Source: the human T2T-CHM13v2.0 reference genome, Homo sapiens. Taken from it: a stretch of DNA of 64,000 nt. Each line of letters opens with the position of its first letter. The first letter of the stretch is position 1. Below are positions 31,650 through 46,070 of the stretch, in pieces. The stretch is taken from NCBI RefSeq assembly GCF_009914755.1, contig NC_060936.1. One strand, 5' to 3'. Position numbers and translations under genes: made by a program. The notes beneath the pieces are model-generated. The model worked only from the letters and a program-made list of their open reading frames with translations, was not told the DNA's origin and made no database searches.

Positions 31650-32145
31650 GTAAGGCCCAGCAGCAGAGCCAGCTCCCCGCTCAGGAGCAGGCAGCACACT
31701 GCGGTTCCAGAAACCAGCACCAGACTCAGACTTGGGCAGTGGAGGTAGCGTGTTTGCAGTGGGGTGCCTGAAATTGAGATACTTCTCTGAGTCCCAGTCG
31801 ATATCATATGCAAAGCCCCTGGAGACATATTCTTGCCACACTAATGGGAGCCACACGTCGCATTGTCATAGTGTCTTTCAACAATTTTTACTCCTATGTT
31901 TTTCCTAATTGCTGCTGTTGTAGGGGTGCCCTGTGGTGATCTGGTGCTTGTTTTGCTTGATGCTGACTTGCAAAGGTCAAGCGCCTCTCTTTCCTTTTGT
32001 GTGTGCTCGGTTGTGGCCAACTTCTCGTGTGAGTGTGGTGGGTCTTGGACAAGCACTGGGGTGTTAGACGTGTCTCCTTGTGACTCATTGGTAGAAGCTG
32101 CCACACTTGGGAATCAGTGCTTTTGGCACTTTTCTTATTTTGCAG

Positions 32146-32531
32146 GAGGAATGCCCCCCACGCCGCAGGCCGCGCAGCTCGCTGGACAGAGGCAGAGTCA
32201 GCAGCAGTATGACCCCTCCACGGGGCCTCCCGTGCAGAACGCTGCCAGCTTGCACACCCCACTGCCGCAGCTGCCCGGGAGGCTGCCCCCAGCCGGTGTT
32301 CCCACTGCAGCCCTCTCCTCTGCGCTGCAGTTTGCACAGCAGCCGCAAGTGGTAGAGGCCCAGACACAGCTCCAAATCCCGGTGAAGACTCAGCAGCCCA
32401 ATGTTCCCATCCCTGCACCGCCCAGCAGCCAACTCCCCATCCCTCCCTCGCAGCCTGCACAGCTGGCCCTCCACGTTCCCACACCTGGAAAGGTGCAGGT
32501 GCAGGCCTCTCAGCTTTCCTCCCTGCCACAG
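32146..32531 (+). CDS. EP400: EP400 exon 5 (GGMPPTPQ...SSLPQ)
   Basis: ttttgcag|GA ... CAG|GTATGA; 386 nt. Confidence 0.95.
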
Positions 32532-32925
32532 GTATGAGAAAAGATAGAGGAAAAAAAGAAAATGGTTTGCAGGATTTGCTGGCTACCTGTGTGTTAGACA
32601 GAGTGTCACACCACACTGTAATTTGTGTATTTTCTCTTAGCAGCTTGCTCCCCCAATTTAGAACAATTACTCAATTCAGTACTTGCAATACAGTTTTATT
32701 TGGCTCTATGATATTATCTTTATTAAAGTAATAGAGAACTGGGCTGGGTTTGGTGACTCACGCCTGTAATCCCAGCCTTTGGGAGGCTGAGGCGGGTGGA
32801 TTACCTGAGCTCAGGAGTTCGAGACCAACCTGGCCAACATGGCGAAACCCTGTCTCTACTAAAAATACAAAAATTAGCCAGGCGTGGTGGCAAGTGCCTG
32901 TAGTCCAAGCTACTTCAAAGGCTTA

Positions 32926-33060
<135 letters not shown>

Positions 33061-33370
33061 TTATTATTGTCACTCTTAGTACCAGGGGTCCCTCCTTACT
33101 CACCCATATGTTGTGTGAAGGGCATGGTGTCAGTTATCCCTTATGATCTGCCTAGCAACCCTCAGGTAGGTGGCAGCGACCCATTCTACCAGTGTGGAGA
33201 CACATACTCAGAGGTTCTGGGGCTGGCCCCAGGTTACATGGCGATGAAGTGATGAGCGGGGCTTGACCCTAGCTCCATGTGAGTGCAAAACCATGTTGGA
33301 CACCACCCACCAGACGTGCTCCCTGGACGCCTGCTTTGCTGCTTTTGGGATGCTATATGCTCTGCAAATG

Positions 33371-33438
33371 TGTGTAAGGTGTTACTGATCCAGCTTGATA
33401 CACATGTGTAAGGCGTTACTGATGCAGCTTGATACACA
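33371..33438. repeat. 34-bp tandem duplication (2 mismatches)
   Basis: tgtgtaaggYgttactgatScagcttgatacaca x2. Confidence 0.9.
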
Positions 33439-33916
33439 TTTCAGGTAGTTAAAATGCCCCTCCTCCTCCACTGATTAATTTTACCCAGTGTGTTTTTGGG
33501 ATGTCCACAGTAAACTGGTTTCGGTTCCTAAGGAATAGCGAAATGCCACAGCCTCGGTGCCAGCCGTCAACAGGGCACTGACAGGGAGGCCGGGGAGGAC
33601 TCTCAGCCCCCTTGGTTCTCCACTGTTTGATGCACATCAGGGCGTGGGGAGCCCACTGCAGAGAGTCTTCCCTTCCTTTTGCCTTCTCCCTCACTAACAA
33701 AGGAATTTCCTAGGTGGGCTTTAAGTTCAGGGTTTTTGTTTGTTTGTTTTGAAACAGGGTCTGGCTCTGTCACCCAGGCTGGAATGCAGTGACACGATCT
33801 CTGCTCACTGCAGCCTCTACTTCCTGGGCTTAGATGATCCTCCTGTCCCTGCCCCCTGAGTAGCTGGGACTACAGGCGCACACCACTACACCTGGCTGAT
33901 TTTTGTATTGTTGTAG

Positions 33917-34081
<165 letters not shown>

Positions 34082-34668
34082 TAGCTGGGATTATAGGCAT
34101 GTTGCCACCATGCCGGCTAATTTTGTGTTTTTAGTAAAGACGAGGTTTCTCCATGGGTTAGGCTGGTCTTGAACTCCTGACCTCAGGTGATCCGCTGGCT
34201 TTGGCCTTCCAAAGTGCTGGGATTACAGGCGTGAGTCACCGCACCCGGCCTACAGGTTCTTTATGTTTGAGATTTATGGCAAAGTCTTAAGTATATAACG
34301 ATGAAATAATAGTAACAATAATAGCTATCTCTTATTCACCACTTGTGAGGTGTGGTGTCAAGCACTGTGATGAGCGATTTATTGGCATTGTTTATTTCCT
34401 TTACCTGACAACCTTATGAGGTAGAATCTTTACTATCTCCATTTTATAGATTAAAAAAACCAGAGGCCAGAAAAGCCAGCAACTGGGGGGGCTGTAGTTG
34501 GGAGCCTTTTGTGCAAGTCTGCAGGGAAGCCTTGTACACCCACTTTGAGAAAGGCGACACATGCCAGGGCAGCTGAGCTCTTCTAGGCCTTACATTGCTT
34601 GCTTTAGGTTTTTGTGGAAATGATTCTATTTTGAACACTTCCTCACATCGAGCCACATACTGACTTAA

Positions 34669-34968
<300 letters not shown>

Positions 34969-35271
34969 TAAATAACTTTATATTCTCTCCTTAAGAACAA
35001 CAGTAGAGGAAATCATTTACTGATCATTTTACAATGCACATAATATCTTATGCATGCTTAGGCAACTGTTTTTTTTTTTTTACTTTTTAGTAGAGATGGG
35101 CTTTTGCCATGTTGGCCAGGCTGGTCTGAAACTCCTAACCTCAACTAATCCACCCACCTTGGGCTCCCAAAATGCTGGGATTACAGGCGTGAGCCGCCAC
35201 ACCCAGCCTGGAAAATGATTTTAAAGAAGCGCTTTACAAAGTCTGTAGGAACCTGTTACTTCTAGGTTAGC

Positions 35272-35440
35272 CAGGGTTGGCACACTTTCTCAGTCAAGGG
35301 CCAGGGAGTAAATGTTCCAGCTTTGCGAGCTGTTCAGTTTCTGTGGCAGAAGTGAAGACACAGCCGCTCACGGACAGCACGTAAGTGGATGTGGCTGTGC
35401 TGTAATAAAGCTTCATTTCCAAACGCCTGTGGCCAGCCGG
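35272..35440. mobile_element. MER58A-like hAT-Charlie MITE
   Basis: cagggttggca.actttct...aagggccag...gtggctgtg.t.taataaa.ctt.attt matches the recalled consensus. Confidence 0.65.
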
Positions 35441-35645
35441 GAGACGGCGCTGCCGAGGTGAAGAAAGCAGACCCACGTCGTGGGACGGGCGCTCAGAGAG
35501 AGTGTGCTCTAGCGGTTCTGTCTCCCTTCAGCTTTTGAACGGGCTAAATCTTGTGTGAGCCTTCACTCAGCCCACCTTCCCTGCTCTCTGTGAATTTAAG
35601 TCACAGAGTCGCAGCAGTTCTCTGTGACTTTAAGTCTGTCGTTGA

Positions 35646-35997
<352 letters not shown>

Positions 35998-36000
35998 TGA

Positions 36001-36198
<198 letters not shown>

Positions 36199-36566
36199 TA
36201 AATTTTTTTGTAGAGATGGGGTCTTTCTTTGTCAAAGCCCAGGCTCATCTCAAACTCCTGGGCTCAAGCAGTCCTCCCACTTCAGCCTCCCAAAGTGTTG
36301 GGATTACTGGCATGAGCCACTGGGCATGGCCTAAAGATAGTTCATAATGAAAACTCCTATTTGGTTTTGTGGAAGTGGGAGGATGTATTATTTGTGGACA
36401 CGTTAGTGTTGGGCTGTGGATACGATGTGATTTGTCTGCTTGCATCGTGGAGCGGAAGGTGCTGGCAGTGCGCGTCTCTGGTGCTGTGGGCGCTCAGGTA
36501 TTTGGCACCGTGGGCTGCCCCGACATCTTTTCTTCACCTTGCTCCACTTGTGCCCTGCCCTTACAG

Positions 36567-36860
36567 ATGGTAGCATCGACAAGGCTCCCTGTGGACCCTG
36601 CCCCGCCCTGCCCACGGCCTCTGCCCACCTCTTCTACCTCGTCCCTCGCGCCTGTGAGTGGCTCCGGCCCAGGACCCTCCCCTGCTCGATCCTCTCCAGT
36701 AAATAGACCTTCCTCAGCCACCAATAAGGCACTATCTCCAGTCACTTCCCGGACCCCAGGGGTGGTGGCATCTGCCCCCACCAAACCACAGAGTCCTGCT
36801 CAGAATGCCACCTCGTCCCAAGACAGTTCTCAGGATACGCTGACAGAACAAATAACTCTG
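36567..36860 (+). CDS. EP400: EP400 exon 6 (MVASTRLP...EQITL)
   Basis: ttacag|ATG ... CTG|GTAAGC; 294 nt. Confidence 0.95.
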
Positions 36861-37757
36861 GTAAGCATGCTTAAGAAAGTTGTAAAATGTACTCCAGTTG
36901 GTGAAGCACATTTAGTTTTAATTGTCAAGAATGTGATGGCGTAAAACCGAATGCCTGGTCAATTCAGCATGGCTTGGGAATCAGTAGACACAAGATGAAA
37001 ACCAAGGGTTAGCCTTTTCTGTTGGAAGCAGACTCATGGGGGCAGTCTGCGTTTTTGTGATAAAGCCTGCAGTCTTGGGCTGCTTTCATATGGGCAGTAG
37101 ACGAGGGTGGGAGAGGTCACGTGTAGCAGTTAGGCGGAGAGGGACAAGCTTGAGCGCTGGGGCCCTGCAGGCTGTGAGGTCCCTGCAGCCACCAGTCTGC
37201 AGCCCTGTGTTTGAGAGTCACTGCCCAGCCCTTAGCACTTACTTTGGGTTGGATGACTAAGCATTTATTTTGTTCAACTTCATTAGGGGAATTAAAAGAA
37301 ATGTGTATCAAAATAGAGTGTCATAAACCCCATGTTCCCCATTATTTGATTTTATCACAGTGATCAGTATGCAGCTAGTCTCATTTCATTTATCCCACTC
37401 CTTTCCAGATTATCTAGAAGCAAATTCCAGACATCCTATGGTTTCCCATGTAAACACTTTGGTAGAAACATGAGGTTTTAAAGTTTTAGTCTGTTTTATA
37501 GAGCTGGGGCAGGACTATTGCTCCAGCTTCTTCTAAGGCTCCTGGAAGGGTCACATGCTCCTAGACCTCTCCTAGAACCACTTTGACCTTTGTGTTCGAA
37601 TCTTACCTTTGATATTAAACTGGGACCTTGTGCTTTCTCTCTTTCTTAGTGCCTGACTGAGCCTTTTGCATAGTAGGGCTTCAAATTTCTGGGGTCTGAG
37701 TTGGTGGAACACACTCATCACATGCCGACCCCACCATCCCCCATGTATCATCTACAG

Positions 37758-37943
37758 GAGAACCAGGTGCATCAGCGCATTGCGGAGCTGAGGAAAGCAG
37801 GTCTGTGGTCCCAGAGGCGTCTGCCAAAGCTGCAGGAGGCCCCACGCCCCAAGTCCCACTGGGACTATCTGCTGGAGGAGATGCAGTGGATGGCCACAGA
37901 CTTTGCCCAGGAGAGGAGGTGGAAGGTGGCTGCTGCGAAGAAG
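37758..37943 (+). CDS. EP400: EP400 exon 7 (ENQVHQR...VAAAKK; start of the HSA domain)
   Basis: ctacag|GAG ... AAG|GTGGGT; 186 nt; HSA signature HWDYLLEEMQWMATDFAQERRWK. Confidence 0.96.
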
Positions 37944-40016
37944 GTGGGTTGGAATGCGTGGAGCTGCTGTGCTGTGTGCGTTGGTGGGGGCTTGAGTTTG
38001 CAGTGGTGTAAGTGGTGGGGAGGTCTCCAGACCCACTTTTTTTTTTTTTTTTTTTTTTTTTCCCCCAGACAGGGTCTTGCTCTGTTGTCCAGGCTGGAAT
38101 GTCCAGCTAATTTTGTGTTTTTTGCCACATTACCCAGACTGGTCTTGAATCCTGGGCTCAAGTGATTGCTCGCCTCGGCCTCCTGGAGTGCTGGGATTGC
38201 AGGCGTGAACCACTGTGCCTGGCAGACTCACTCTAGAGGCCTTAACCTGTGAAGTCTGGGAAGGATACTTCCCTGTTGTTTGGAGAATAACTGTGCTGTG
38301 TAATTAAGTCTCTGAGGTGGTGTCTTCAGAGCCCAGCATGCGTTGTTGGGATCAAGCCTGTGCTCAGTGCTCACCCACTAAGCAATGATGTGGATTTAGC
38401 TTCATTTTGTTGCCTGGCTTTGCCTGGCAGTTGGAGTTAGGATACCTGCAGTGCCACAGGTTCAGGCTGGTGGCTGGGGCTGTTCAGGGAGCTGAGAGGC
38501 TAAGAGTTAGAAGGCACCTGGTATCAGTCAAGGGACAGCAAGGGGCTGTCCTAGGCTTTCCTGCCTGGCCACACGGCCTCCTGCCCTTCCTCCTGGGCTT
38601 CTAGTCTAGCTTTCTCTTTAATTTTGGCTGAGAATTTATTTTTCTCCTAACTGTTGCCAAAGCAGGCGCAGAGTCCTTGGAAGACTCTGGAGGCCCTACT
38701 GCTAACACTAGAAAAGTGAGAACAAGTGGTAGATTTCTAGAAACCCCAGGCCTCAGTGGGAAGCAGCTGTGCTTTCACTGTGTGAACAGCCGTGGCCCTT
38801 CTTTATCCTCCTCATTACTGTGTCGCTGCCTCTGTTTCTTGGGCCCTAGGGTCTTTGTTCATATTTTCTGTACTCTTAACGCTATGGCCTTGTGTTCCAT
38901 CCCTTGCCCTGTCCACTCCGTACCCAGAATTTTCCCCCTTGCTGTCTTCATGTAGGGTAGGCAGAGAGAAGCTGAGACCACAGGGTGAGAACCGTGGGGT
39001 TCTGAGGGTCAAGGGTCTCAAGTCAGATTCATAAGCATTCCAGAAAAACCCAGATTCTTCCTTAAACCAGCCTTTCCACAAAGAAGATAGTCCTGAACAT
39101 GGTGGACACCAGGCTGGATAGGGCAGGAGGCCAGACGTGTAGATGCCAGGCTGGACATGTGGATGCTGGGCTGGATGGGTGGGGGCTGGCCGATGGGCTA
39201 GAGTGGGAGCTGGTGGGGTTGGCTGAAGAGCAGTGCAGCACCTACAGGGCACAGGCCAGGGCCATCTCTCAACAGCTGAGTGATGCATCTGCAGCCAGGC
39301 CTGCCCTTCCCCGTGCCTCCTGCCTCTCGCTGGGGTAGACAGGGAGAGGCTGCAGAGCAGCCCACCCCGATCAGGGCCTGTGTTGACGACAGTGAGCCCC
39401 GTTGGAGGCCGAGTGGGAACACGGCGTGTGCGCAGAGTCCTGGCGGTAGTTGAGTGCATTTCCATCCCTAGAACGGGCGTGGGGGTGACAGCCATTGTGC
39501 TCTCAGGGCTCCAAAGGTTTTCTCATCTTAATTCTCTCCACCCATTTGAGGTTCTGTTGGTGGGTATGTGAAGTGTCTAAACTTTTGGAAAGCAGTTTGA
39601 CAATTTAAAGCAAAAGCTTTAAAAATGTGAATTATCGCAGCCCAATAATTTCTATAACTGGTGCAGCATTCATGAAATGAGATGCCGACCCATGTTTATT
39701 GAATGGAGAGATGTTAATCATCTATTAAATGGGAAAAGAAGATTATAGCACAATGTGGTATTCTAGTTTTGAGGAAAATAATGTGTATTTGGTGAAAAGT
39801 ATAAAAACACTTTCTAGAAAAGTCAAGCTAAATATTGATGGTGGTTTTTGCTTATAGTCATGTTTCTCCTAATCCACCCTAAGAGCATACGAGGATGTAT
39901 ATGACAGTGAATTGTATGTAATTTTAGTCTGAGAAGATTTAAAAAAAGTTACATATCCTTTTTTTTCCAGCATGACATAGAGTACAACATACAATTCTTG
40001 CACTTTTATTCACCAG

Positions 40017-40157
40017 CTCGTTAGAACTGTGGTGCGCCATCACGAGGAGAAGCAGCTCCGTGAAGAAAGGGGGAAGAAGGAAGAGCAGAGCAGACTGAGG
40101 CGGATAGCCGCCTCCACGGCCCGGGAGATAGAGTGCTTTTGGTCGAATATTGAACAG
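40017..40157 (+). CDS. EP400: EP400 exon 8 (LVRTVVRHH...WSNIEQ; HSA)
   Basis: caccag|CTC ... CAG|GCGAGT (GC donor); 141 nt keeps the frame with exon 9. Confidence 0.92.
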
Positions 40158-40688
40158 GCGAGTGCTGCCGTTGTCATGGGGTCGTAAGAATCAGTCTGTC
40201 GGAGCTGGTGAGGCCACTTCCCGAGACCAGAGCTCGGGCACCTTGCTTAGGAAGCTTTCGAGCACCAGAGTCAGCAACGTGTGCACTCTCCTGGGCTGTT
40301 GCTTGTTGGCCTTTGAATGAGCTGCTCGTGCCTCCGTCTGTCTTGCACAGGGGATGCACCTCAGCTGTGGCTGCCCTCTGAGGTGCTTCATGCCGTGGAG
40401 GGGCTCTGGGCATTGTTTCAGGGTTAGCGTGAGTCACCACCACGGTTACTTCTAGAGCGGTCGCTCGCTCACTTGCTTTCCTTTTTTGAAATTTTAATTC
40501 TTACCTCACCACCTAATAGAACCTGGGCAGGATGTAGTTAGTATGAAATAAATGAAAAAGCACCAAACTGACGAGGCTGGAAAACACTGTTTTCAGACTC
40601 TGCTTATGTGCTTTAGTGTTTTGTATGCAGAACGTCTGTAATTCCCATCCTTAGTAATGTGCTTATTCATTTAATCCTTTGCATTTAG

Positions 40689-40767
40689 GTTGTGGAAATA
40701 AAACTACGAGTAGAATTAGAAGAAAAAAGGAAGAAGGCCTTAAATTTACAGAAAGTTTCCAGGAGAG
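40689..40767 (+). CDS. EP400: EP400 exon 9 (VVEIKLRV...KVSRR)
   Basis: atttag|GTT ... GAG|GTAGGA; 79 nt. Confidence 0.92.
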
Positions 40768-41459
40768 GTAGGACCCTTTAAAAAAAGGCTCACCACGCTT
40801 GGGTGGTATTTTGTTCGGATTCTTTTCTCAGCAGGCAGTCTCCTGGCGCTGTGGCTTCCCACAGAGGACATCTGCTCATCAGCCAGCTGCCTGATTGTTA
40901 CATTTCTCTTTGTGTGGCCATCCTAGTTTTATGCTTCAGTGCTTTTGAGATGTGCTAGTGTGAGTCAGCACCCCCAAGTTGATAAACTCTGGGACACAGA
41001 ACTGGGGTTCAGTCCCTGGACAGTGAGTGAGGAGCTTCCTGAGGTGTTTGCCATGCAGGAGGATCCTTGGGTGCCTGGCTGGGTGACGCCTTCCTTTGAT
41101 GTTTCTTCGGCAGCTGCCTCCGCTCGTTATGTGCCACTCCACTTAGGATGTGCACGGCACCAGTGGCAGCAGCATTCACTGTTTCCTTTGCCTCTGAGGA
41201 CACCCCCAGGAGGGTGGGCATTGTGTTCCCCCATTATTGATGAGGAACCCGAGGCTGAGAGGTGGCTGCTGCTGAAAGTCATAGAGCCACAAGTTAGTAA
41301 AAACCACTGCCCTGCGTGATGATGATGAGGAGGCAGAACTCACGCGTCCTTCCTTTCCCTGCACGTGGGTGGAGGCAGCAGGACCCTGCCTGGAAAGCAG
41401 AGACGCCCTCGCCAAGCATGGGGGGCCTTGGGAACGAACTGTGCTCCTTGTCTCTCTAG

Positions 41460-41509
41460 GGAAAGAATTGAGACCTAAAGGATTTGACGCATTACAGGAA
41501 AGTTCTCTG
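41460..41509 (+). CDS. EP400: EP400 exon 10 (GKELRPKGFDALQESSL)
   Basis: ctctag|GG ... CTG|GTAAGT; 50 nt restores phase 0. Confidence 0.92.
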
Positions 41510-41602
41510 GTAAGTTTGGGGTTGTTACTGTGCTGTGTGAGAAGGAGTAGAAGCAGCTCCAGTAGAGTGGGCCTTTTCATTCTTATCCAGAGGAATTTGT
41601 AG

Positions 41603-41765
<163 letters not shown>

Positions 41766-42225
41766 TAGGACTATAGGCGCACGCCACCACACCTGGCTAA
41801 TTTTTTTTTTTTGTATTTTAGTAGAGATGGGGTTTCACCGTGTTGCCCAGGCTGGTCTCAAACTCCTGAGCTCAGGCATTCTGTCCGCCTTGGCCTCCCA
41901 AAGTGCTAGGATTACAGGCGTGAGCTACCGTGCCCCGCCTATTACTCCCTTTCATTATAGACTCAGTCTACTTTGAAAATAAACTGGTGCTTTATAGCCT
42001 TAGTCTCACGTGGGGTGTTAATTTGGCAGTGACAGCTGAACACAGTGAGCATTGATCATGTCCTCGCTCCCCCGCTGCCCTGCCCCGACCCCAAATGGAG
42101 GCTGAGGGCAGCCTAGCAGGCTTGCCCCGGGGCTCCCCCAACCTGTCCCATGGACACTGCTGTCTTGGTTTCCCATTCTGAGTGTTTGGATCTCATGCTT
42201 GTGGTTTTTCTTTCTTTTCTTTCAG

Positions 42226-42283
42226 GATTCAGGAATGTCTGGAAGAAAAAGAAAAGCTAGCATATCTTTGACTGATGACGAAG
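42226..42283 (+). CDS. EP400: EP400 exon 11 (DSGMSGRKRKASISLTDDE)
   Basis: Long pyrimidine tract ttcag|GAT ... AAG|GTCTGT; 58 nt; basic RKRK patch. Confidence 0.92.
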
Positions 42284-43626
42284 GTCTGTTCCCCCTCAGC
42301 ACTATCTTTGTCATCTCCAGGGCTGCTGATGAGATGACACAGAGCTGCAGCGACTTGGGGTTTAGTCTTGTCATCTTCAGCTGGTTGGAAAGCTCAACCT
42401 TTGTATTTATCCAGATGTCTCTCAGTGTATAGAGTACTTTTTGTATCTCTAGAGGACTTGGGATGTTTTCTGGAGCAACATGGTCGTATCTGCTTTTTGA
42501 GGTTTGGAAACTTGGGTGCATCTTGGAGAGTGTTGGGGCCCCATGCTCCTGTGGCACAGGGCCAAGCCTGTTTCTGTCCTTGAGAGGTGGCCCTGGTATG
42601 TCCTCTGGTAGACCCATGGTTGCCAGCCATTGGGATTTCAGGAGAAACTCATGTGAATTTTAGATGTTGGAGAAACCTGGTTCAGATGAGAACAGATACC
42701 TGAGCACTCAGTGTGTGAGCTGGGGACAGCCCACGGCCATGACCTATTTCCAAACCCATGTGGATTGAGTACAGAAGTCCTCAGGAGTAGACTGGATTTT
42801 TAGAGACAGAGTGGGGAGCAGGAGTAGAGAGGTTGGAGAAACTTTCTTGGGCGTTTGTGTGGCGGTTCCTGTCAGGTGCCAGGTAAGGCCTGCAGTTTCT
42901 CCTTCGGCTCTTTGATCAGCATCAGTGTGGTTTTATTGGCTTGGTTTGGTGAAGTGTGTTAACTTTTCCAAATTTTTGAAGATTGATCTTTGCTATGTGT
43001 TGATTTTTATTTGGAAGTCAACAGGGAGTTTGGCCAGATTGTTGGCATGAAACTGGCAGTATTCAGTTCTGCTGCGTATGACAGAAACAAAACAACAGTG
43101 TGGCAGATGAGTGAGGAGCCTGAGGGCACATGGCCCAGGACTGGCACAGCATTGTGGTGGCATTTTCAGGCCCCTCCCAAGCGATTCTCTTGCCTCAGCC
43201 TCCTGAGTAGCTGAGACTACAGGTGCGGACTACTACGCAGCTAATTTTTGTATTTTTAGTAGAGATGGGGTTTCACCATGTTGGCCAGGCTGGTCTCAAA
43301 CTCCTGACCTCAGGTAATCCACCCGCCTCAGCCTCCCAAAGTGCTAGGATTACAGGTGTGAGCCACCACACCTGGCCTGGTGCTGAATTCTAGATAGTAC
43401 CATCCTGCACTGGGGATGGATTGAACTCTGGCCTTTCAGACAACAAGAGAAGCACAACAGAGTACAGTAGGTTTGTGTCTTTCTTGTTACCTGGAAAGGA
43501 TTAGGTCATTTCTTCATGAGGAACACCTTTTCTCTGGCCTGCACTCTGGTAGCTGCGGTCGGCTTTATGTAGATTGACCTCTCCGCTTTCCTTATTTTCT
43601 CACATTCTCAGGAGCACATTTGTGTA

Positions 43627-43933
43627 CAGTCATGTGTTTCTTAACAACGGGGATATATTCTGAGAGATGCGTTGCTGGACAATTTTGTTGTTATGTGAAC
43701 GTACAAAGTACTCACCCAAACCTAGATGGTGCAGCCTGTGCCTCCGGCTACAAACCTGCACACAGGTGACTCTCCTGAATCCTGTGGGTAATTGGAATAT
43801 AGTGGTATTTGTGCATGTAAACATATCTTGACACAGGAAAGGTAATGTAAAGATACGGTATTACAGTCTTACAGGGTCCCATTGCATATGCGGTCCATTG
43901 TTGGCAGAAACGGCATTATGTGGTGCTCAACTG
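43627..43933. mobile_element. Tigger3a/MER7-like MITE
   Basis: TA|CAGTCATG ... CAACTG|TA termini with TA duplication; internal aacctagatggt.cagcct motif. Confidence 0.75.
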
Positions 43934-44919
43934 TATTGAAACAGACTTTTATTTGACTTCTGTTTAATGCCTAAAGATGTCTTAGGGTAACTCAGAGAAG
44001 GCCAAATTAACCACCCGAGGTCGTCTTTACTTTTCTTTTCCAAAATTCCACCCTGGAAACCAAGTGATCAGAAGGCAGAAGGAATGGCAGAAGGCGTTTC
44101 CAAGAGGAGGGGATGGCCAGGCCTGTCGTGAGCCACCAGGGTGTCGAGTACAGTCAGGAAAGGCAGCACCTGGAGGCCCAGCGACTTGTGTGGTTGGGGT
44201 CAGGTGCCTAGGCCTTCTTGGTGGGCAGTGGGGGTCTTGTAGTGAAGAAATGAGGAAGAGTTTTGATGGTAGGAAGGGAGAGATGTTATGTTAGATTGTG
44301 AGAGAAGAAAAGTTGAGAGCCAGCTGAGAGGAGAGATGGTGCAGGCCCCCTGCAGGCCCCCAGGTGGGGAGAGGGTCCGTGGACAGAGGGAGTTTGGCTG
44401 TGGGGATGCTGGTAGCTGCTCTTTTCTCTGCCAGGAGCCAAGATCTCTATGGCGAGTGAGGCGTGAGGTTCAGGGCTGGAGGGCTGAAGAGAGCGGAGTG
44501 GGCTTGGGTTGGTGATTGTGGAGGACAGGAGAGTCAAGGAGAGTGTTAGGCTGATGTGGCTGGGCCTCGTGAGATGGGCGATGATGACTTCACGGTGATC
44601 CCAGATGGCATGCCTGTGGGCTTTCCACAGTGGGGCTCTGCAGGAAGGTAGGAGGGTTGACAGCATTCCGTATGTTGGCCTGAAGAAGGTCTGCCATGTG
44701 TGGAAAAACCAGGGCTGTCATTCACAGCCTGAAGTGGAAGGGGAAATACACTTCCAGTTTCCTGCCCATTTAATTAAATTTAACCTGAGAAGTTTAAAAG
44801 CTCAGTTTCAATTTCTGTAATAGCTATGCAAAATAATTTCGAAGCCTTATAGTGTGTAATGAGTAACAGACACTCAAGTGGTGTTGCCTCTCAGTGACAC
44901 TTGCTGATAACCATTTTAG

Positions 44920-45009
44920 TGGACGATGAAGAGGAAACAATTGAAGAGGAGGAAGCAAATGAAGGCGTTGTGGACCACCAAACAGAACTTTCTAATTTAG
45001 CCAAGGAAG
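44920..45009 (+). CDS. EP400: EP400 exon 12 (VDDEEETIEEEE...NLAKE)
   Basis: ttttag|TG ... AAG|GTAGGC; 90 nt. Confidence 0.93.
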
Positions 45010-45243
45010 GTAGGCTGTTGCTACCTTATTAAACATTCAGTAAGTAAAAAGAAACATTTAAAACATGTGAGATGTGAATAATAATATATTGAGTAACAAC
45101 AGCAGCAGTGCCTGTTTTATGGAAAACAGTCCCTGTGTGCCTCCTGCTGCTCTCTCTCCTGACCTGGAGGTCCTGGCCCTCCTGGGTTGTGTGTCGGACA
45201 CTGCCCTGACTGTCTTTCTTCCCTGCCACCTGCGTGTGTCTCC

Positions 45244-46070
45244 CTGAATGTACCGTTCATCTTGAGTGTGTGAGAACTTCATATGAATGAATCCACCACA
45301 GCTTGACTGAATGTGCCGTTCATCCTGAGTGTGTGAGAACTTCATGTGAATGAATCCCACCACAGCTTGACTGAATGTACCGTTCATCTTGAGTGTGTGA
45401 GAACTTCATACCAACGAATCCCACCACAGCTTGACTGAATGTACCGTTCATCCTGAGTGTGTGAGAACTTCATGTGAATGAATCCACCACAGCTTGACTG
45501 AATGTACCGTTCATCTTGAGTGTGTGAGAACTTCATGTGAATGAATCCCACCACAGCTTGACTGAATGTACCGTTCATCTTGAGTGTGTGAGAACTTCAT
45601 GTGAATGAATCCCACCACAGCTTGACTGAATGTACCGTTCATCCTGAGTGTGTGAGAACTTCACGTGAATGAATCCACCACAGCTTGACTGAATGTGCCG
45701 TTCATCCTGAGTGTGTGAGAACTTCACGTGAATGAATCCACCACAGCTTGACTGAATGTGCCGTTCATCCTGAGTGTGTGAGAACTTCATGTGAACGAAT
45801 CCCACCACAGCTTGACTGAATGTACCGTTCATCTTGAGTGTGTGAGAACTTCATGTGAACGAATCCCACCGCAGCTTGACTGAATGTGCCGTTCATCCTG
45901 AGTGTGTGAGAACTTCATACGAACGAATCCCACCACAGCTTGACTGAATGTACCGTTCATCCTGAGTGTGTGAGAACTTCATACGAACGAATCCCACCAC
46001 AGCTTGACTGAATGTACCGTTCATCCTGAGTGTGTGAGAACTTCATACGAACGAATCCACCACAGTTTGA
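45244..46070. repeat. Minisatellite, 13 copies of a 63/64-bp unit
   Basis: Unit ctgaatgtRccgttcatcYtgagtgtgtgagaacttcatgtgaaYgaatcc(c)accacagcttga; starts at 45244, 45307, 45371, 45435, 45498, 45562, 45626, 45689, 45752, 45816, 45880, 45944, 46008. Confidence 0.97.

Noticed and set aside
31894-32616. 240-aa antisense ORF over exon 5
   Set aside because: Shadow of GC-rich, stop-poor coding sequence; no independent signals.
44885-44919. Upstream AG 25 nt before the exon 12 acceptor
   Set aside because: Would frameshift to a nearby TGA; nothing in the sequence shows it is used.
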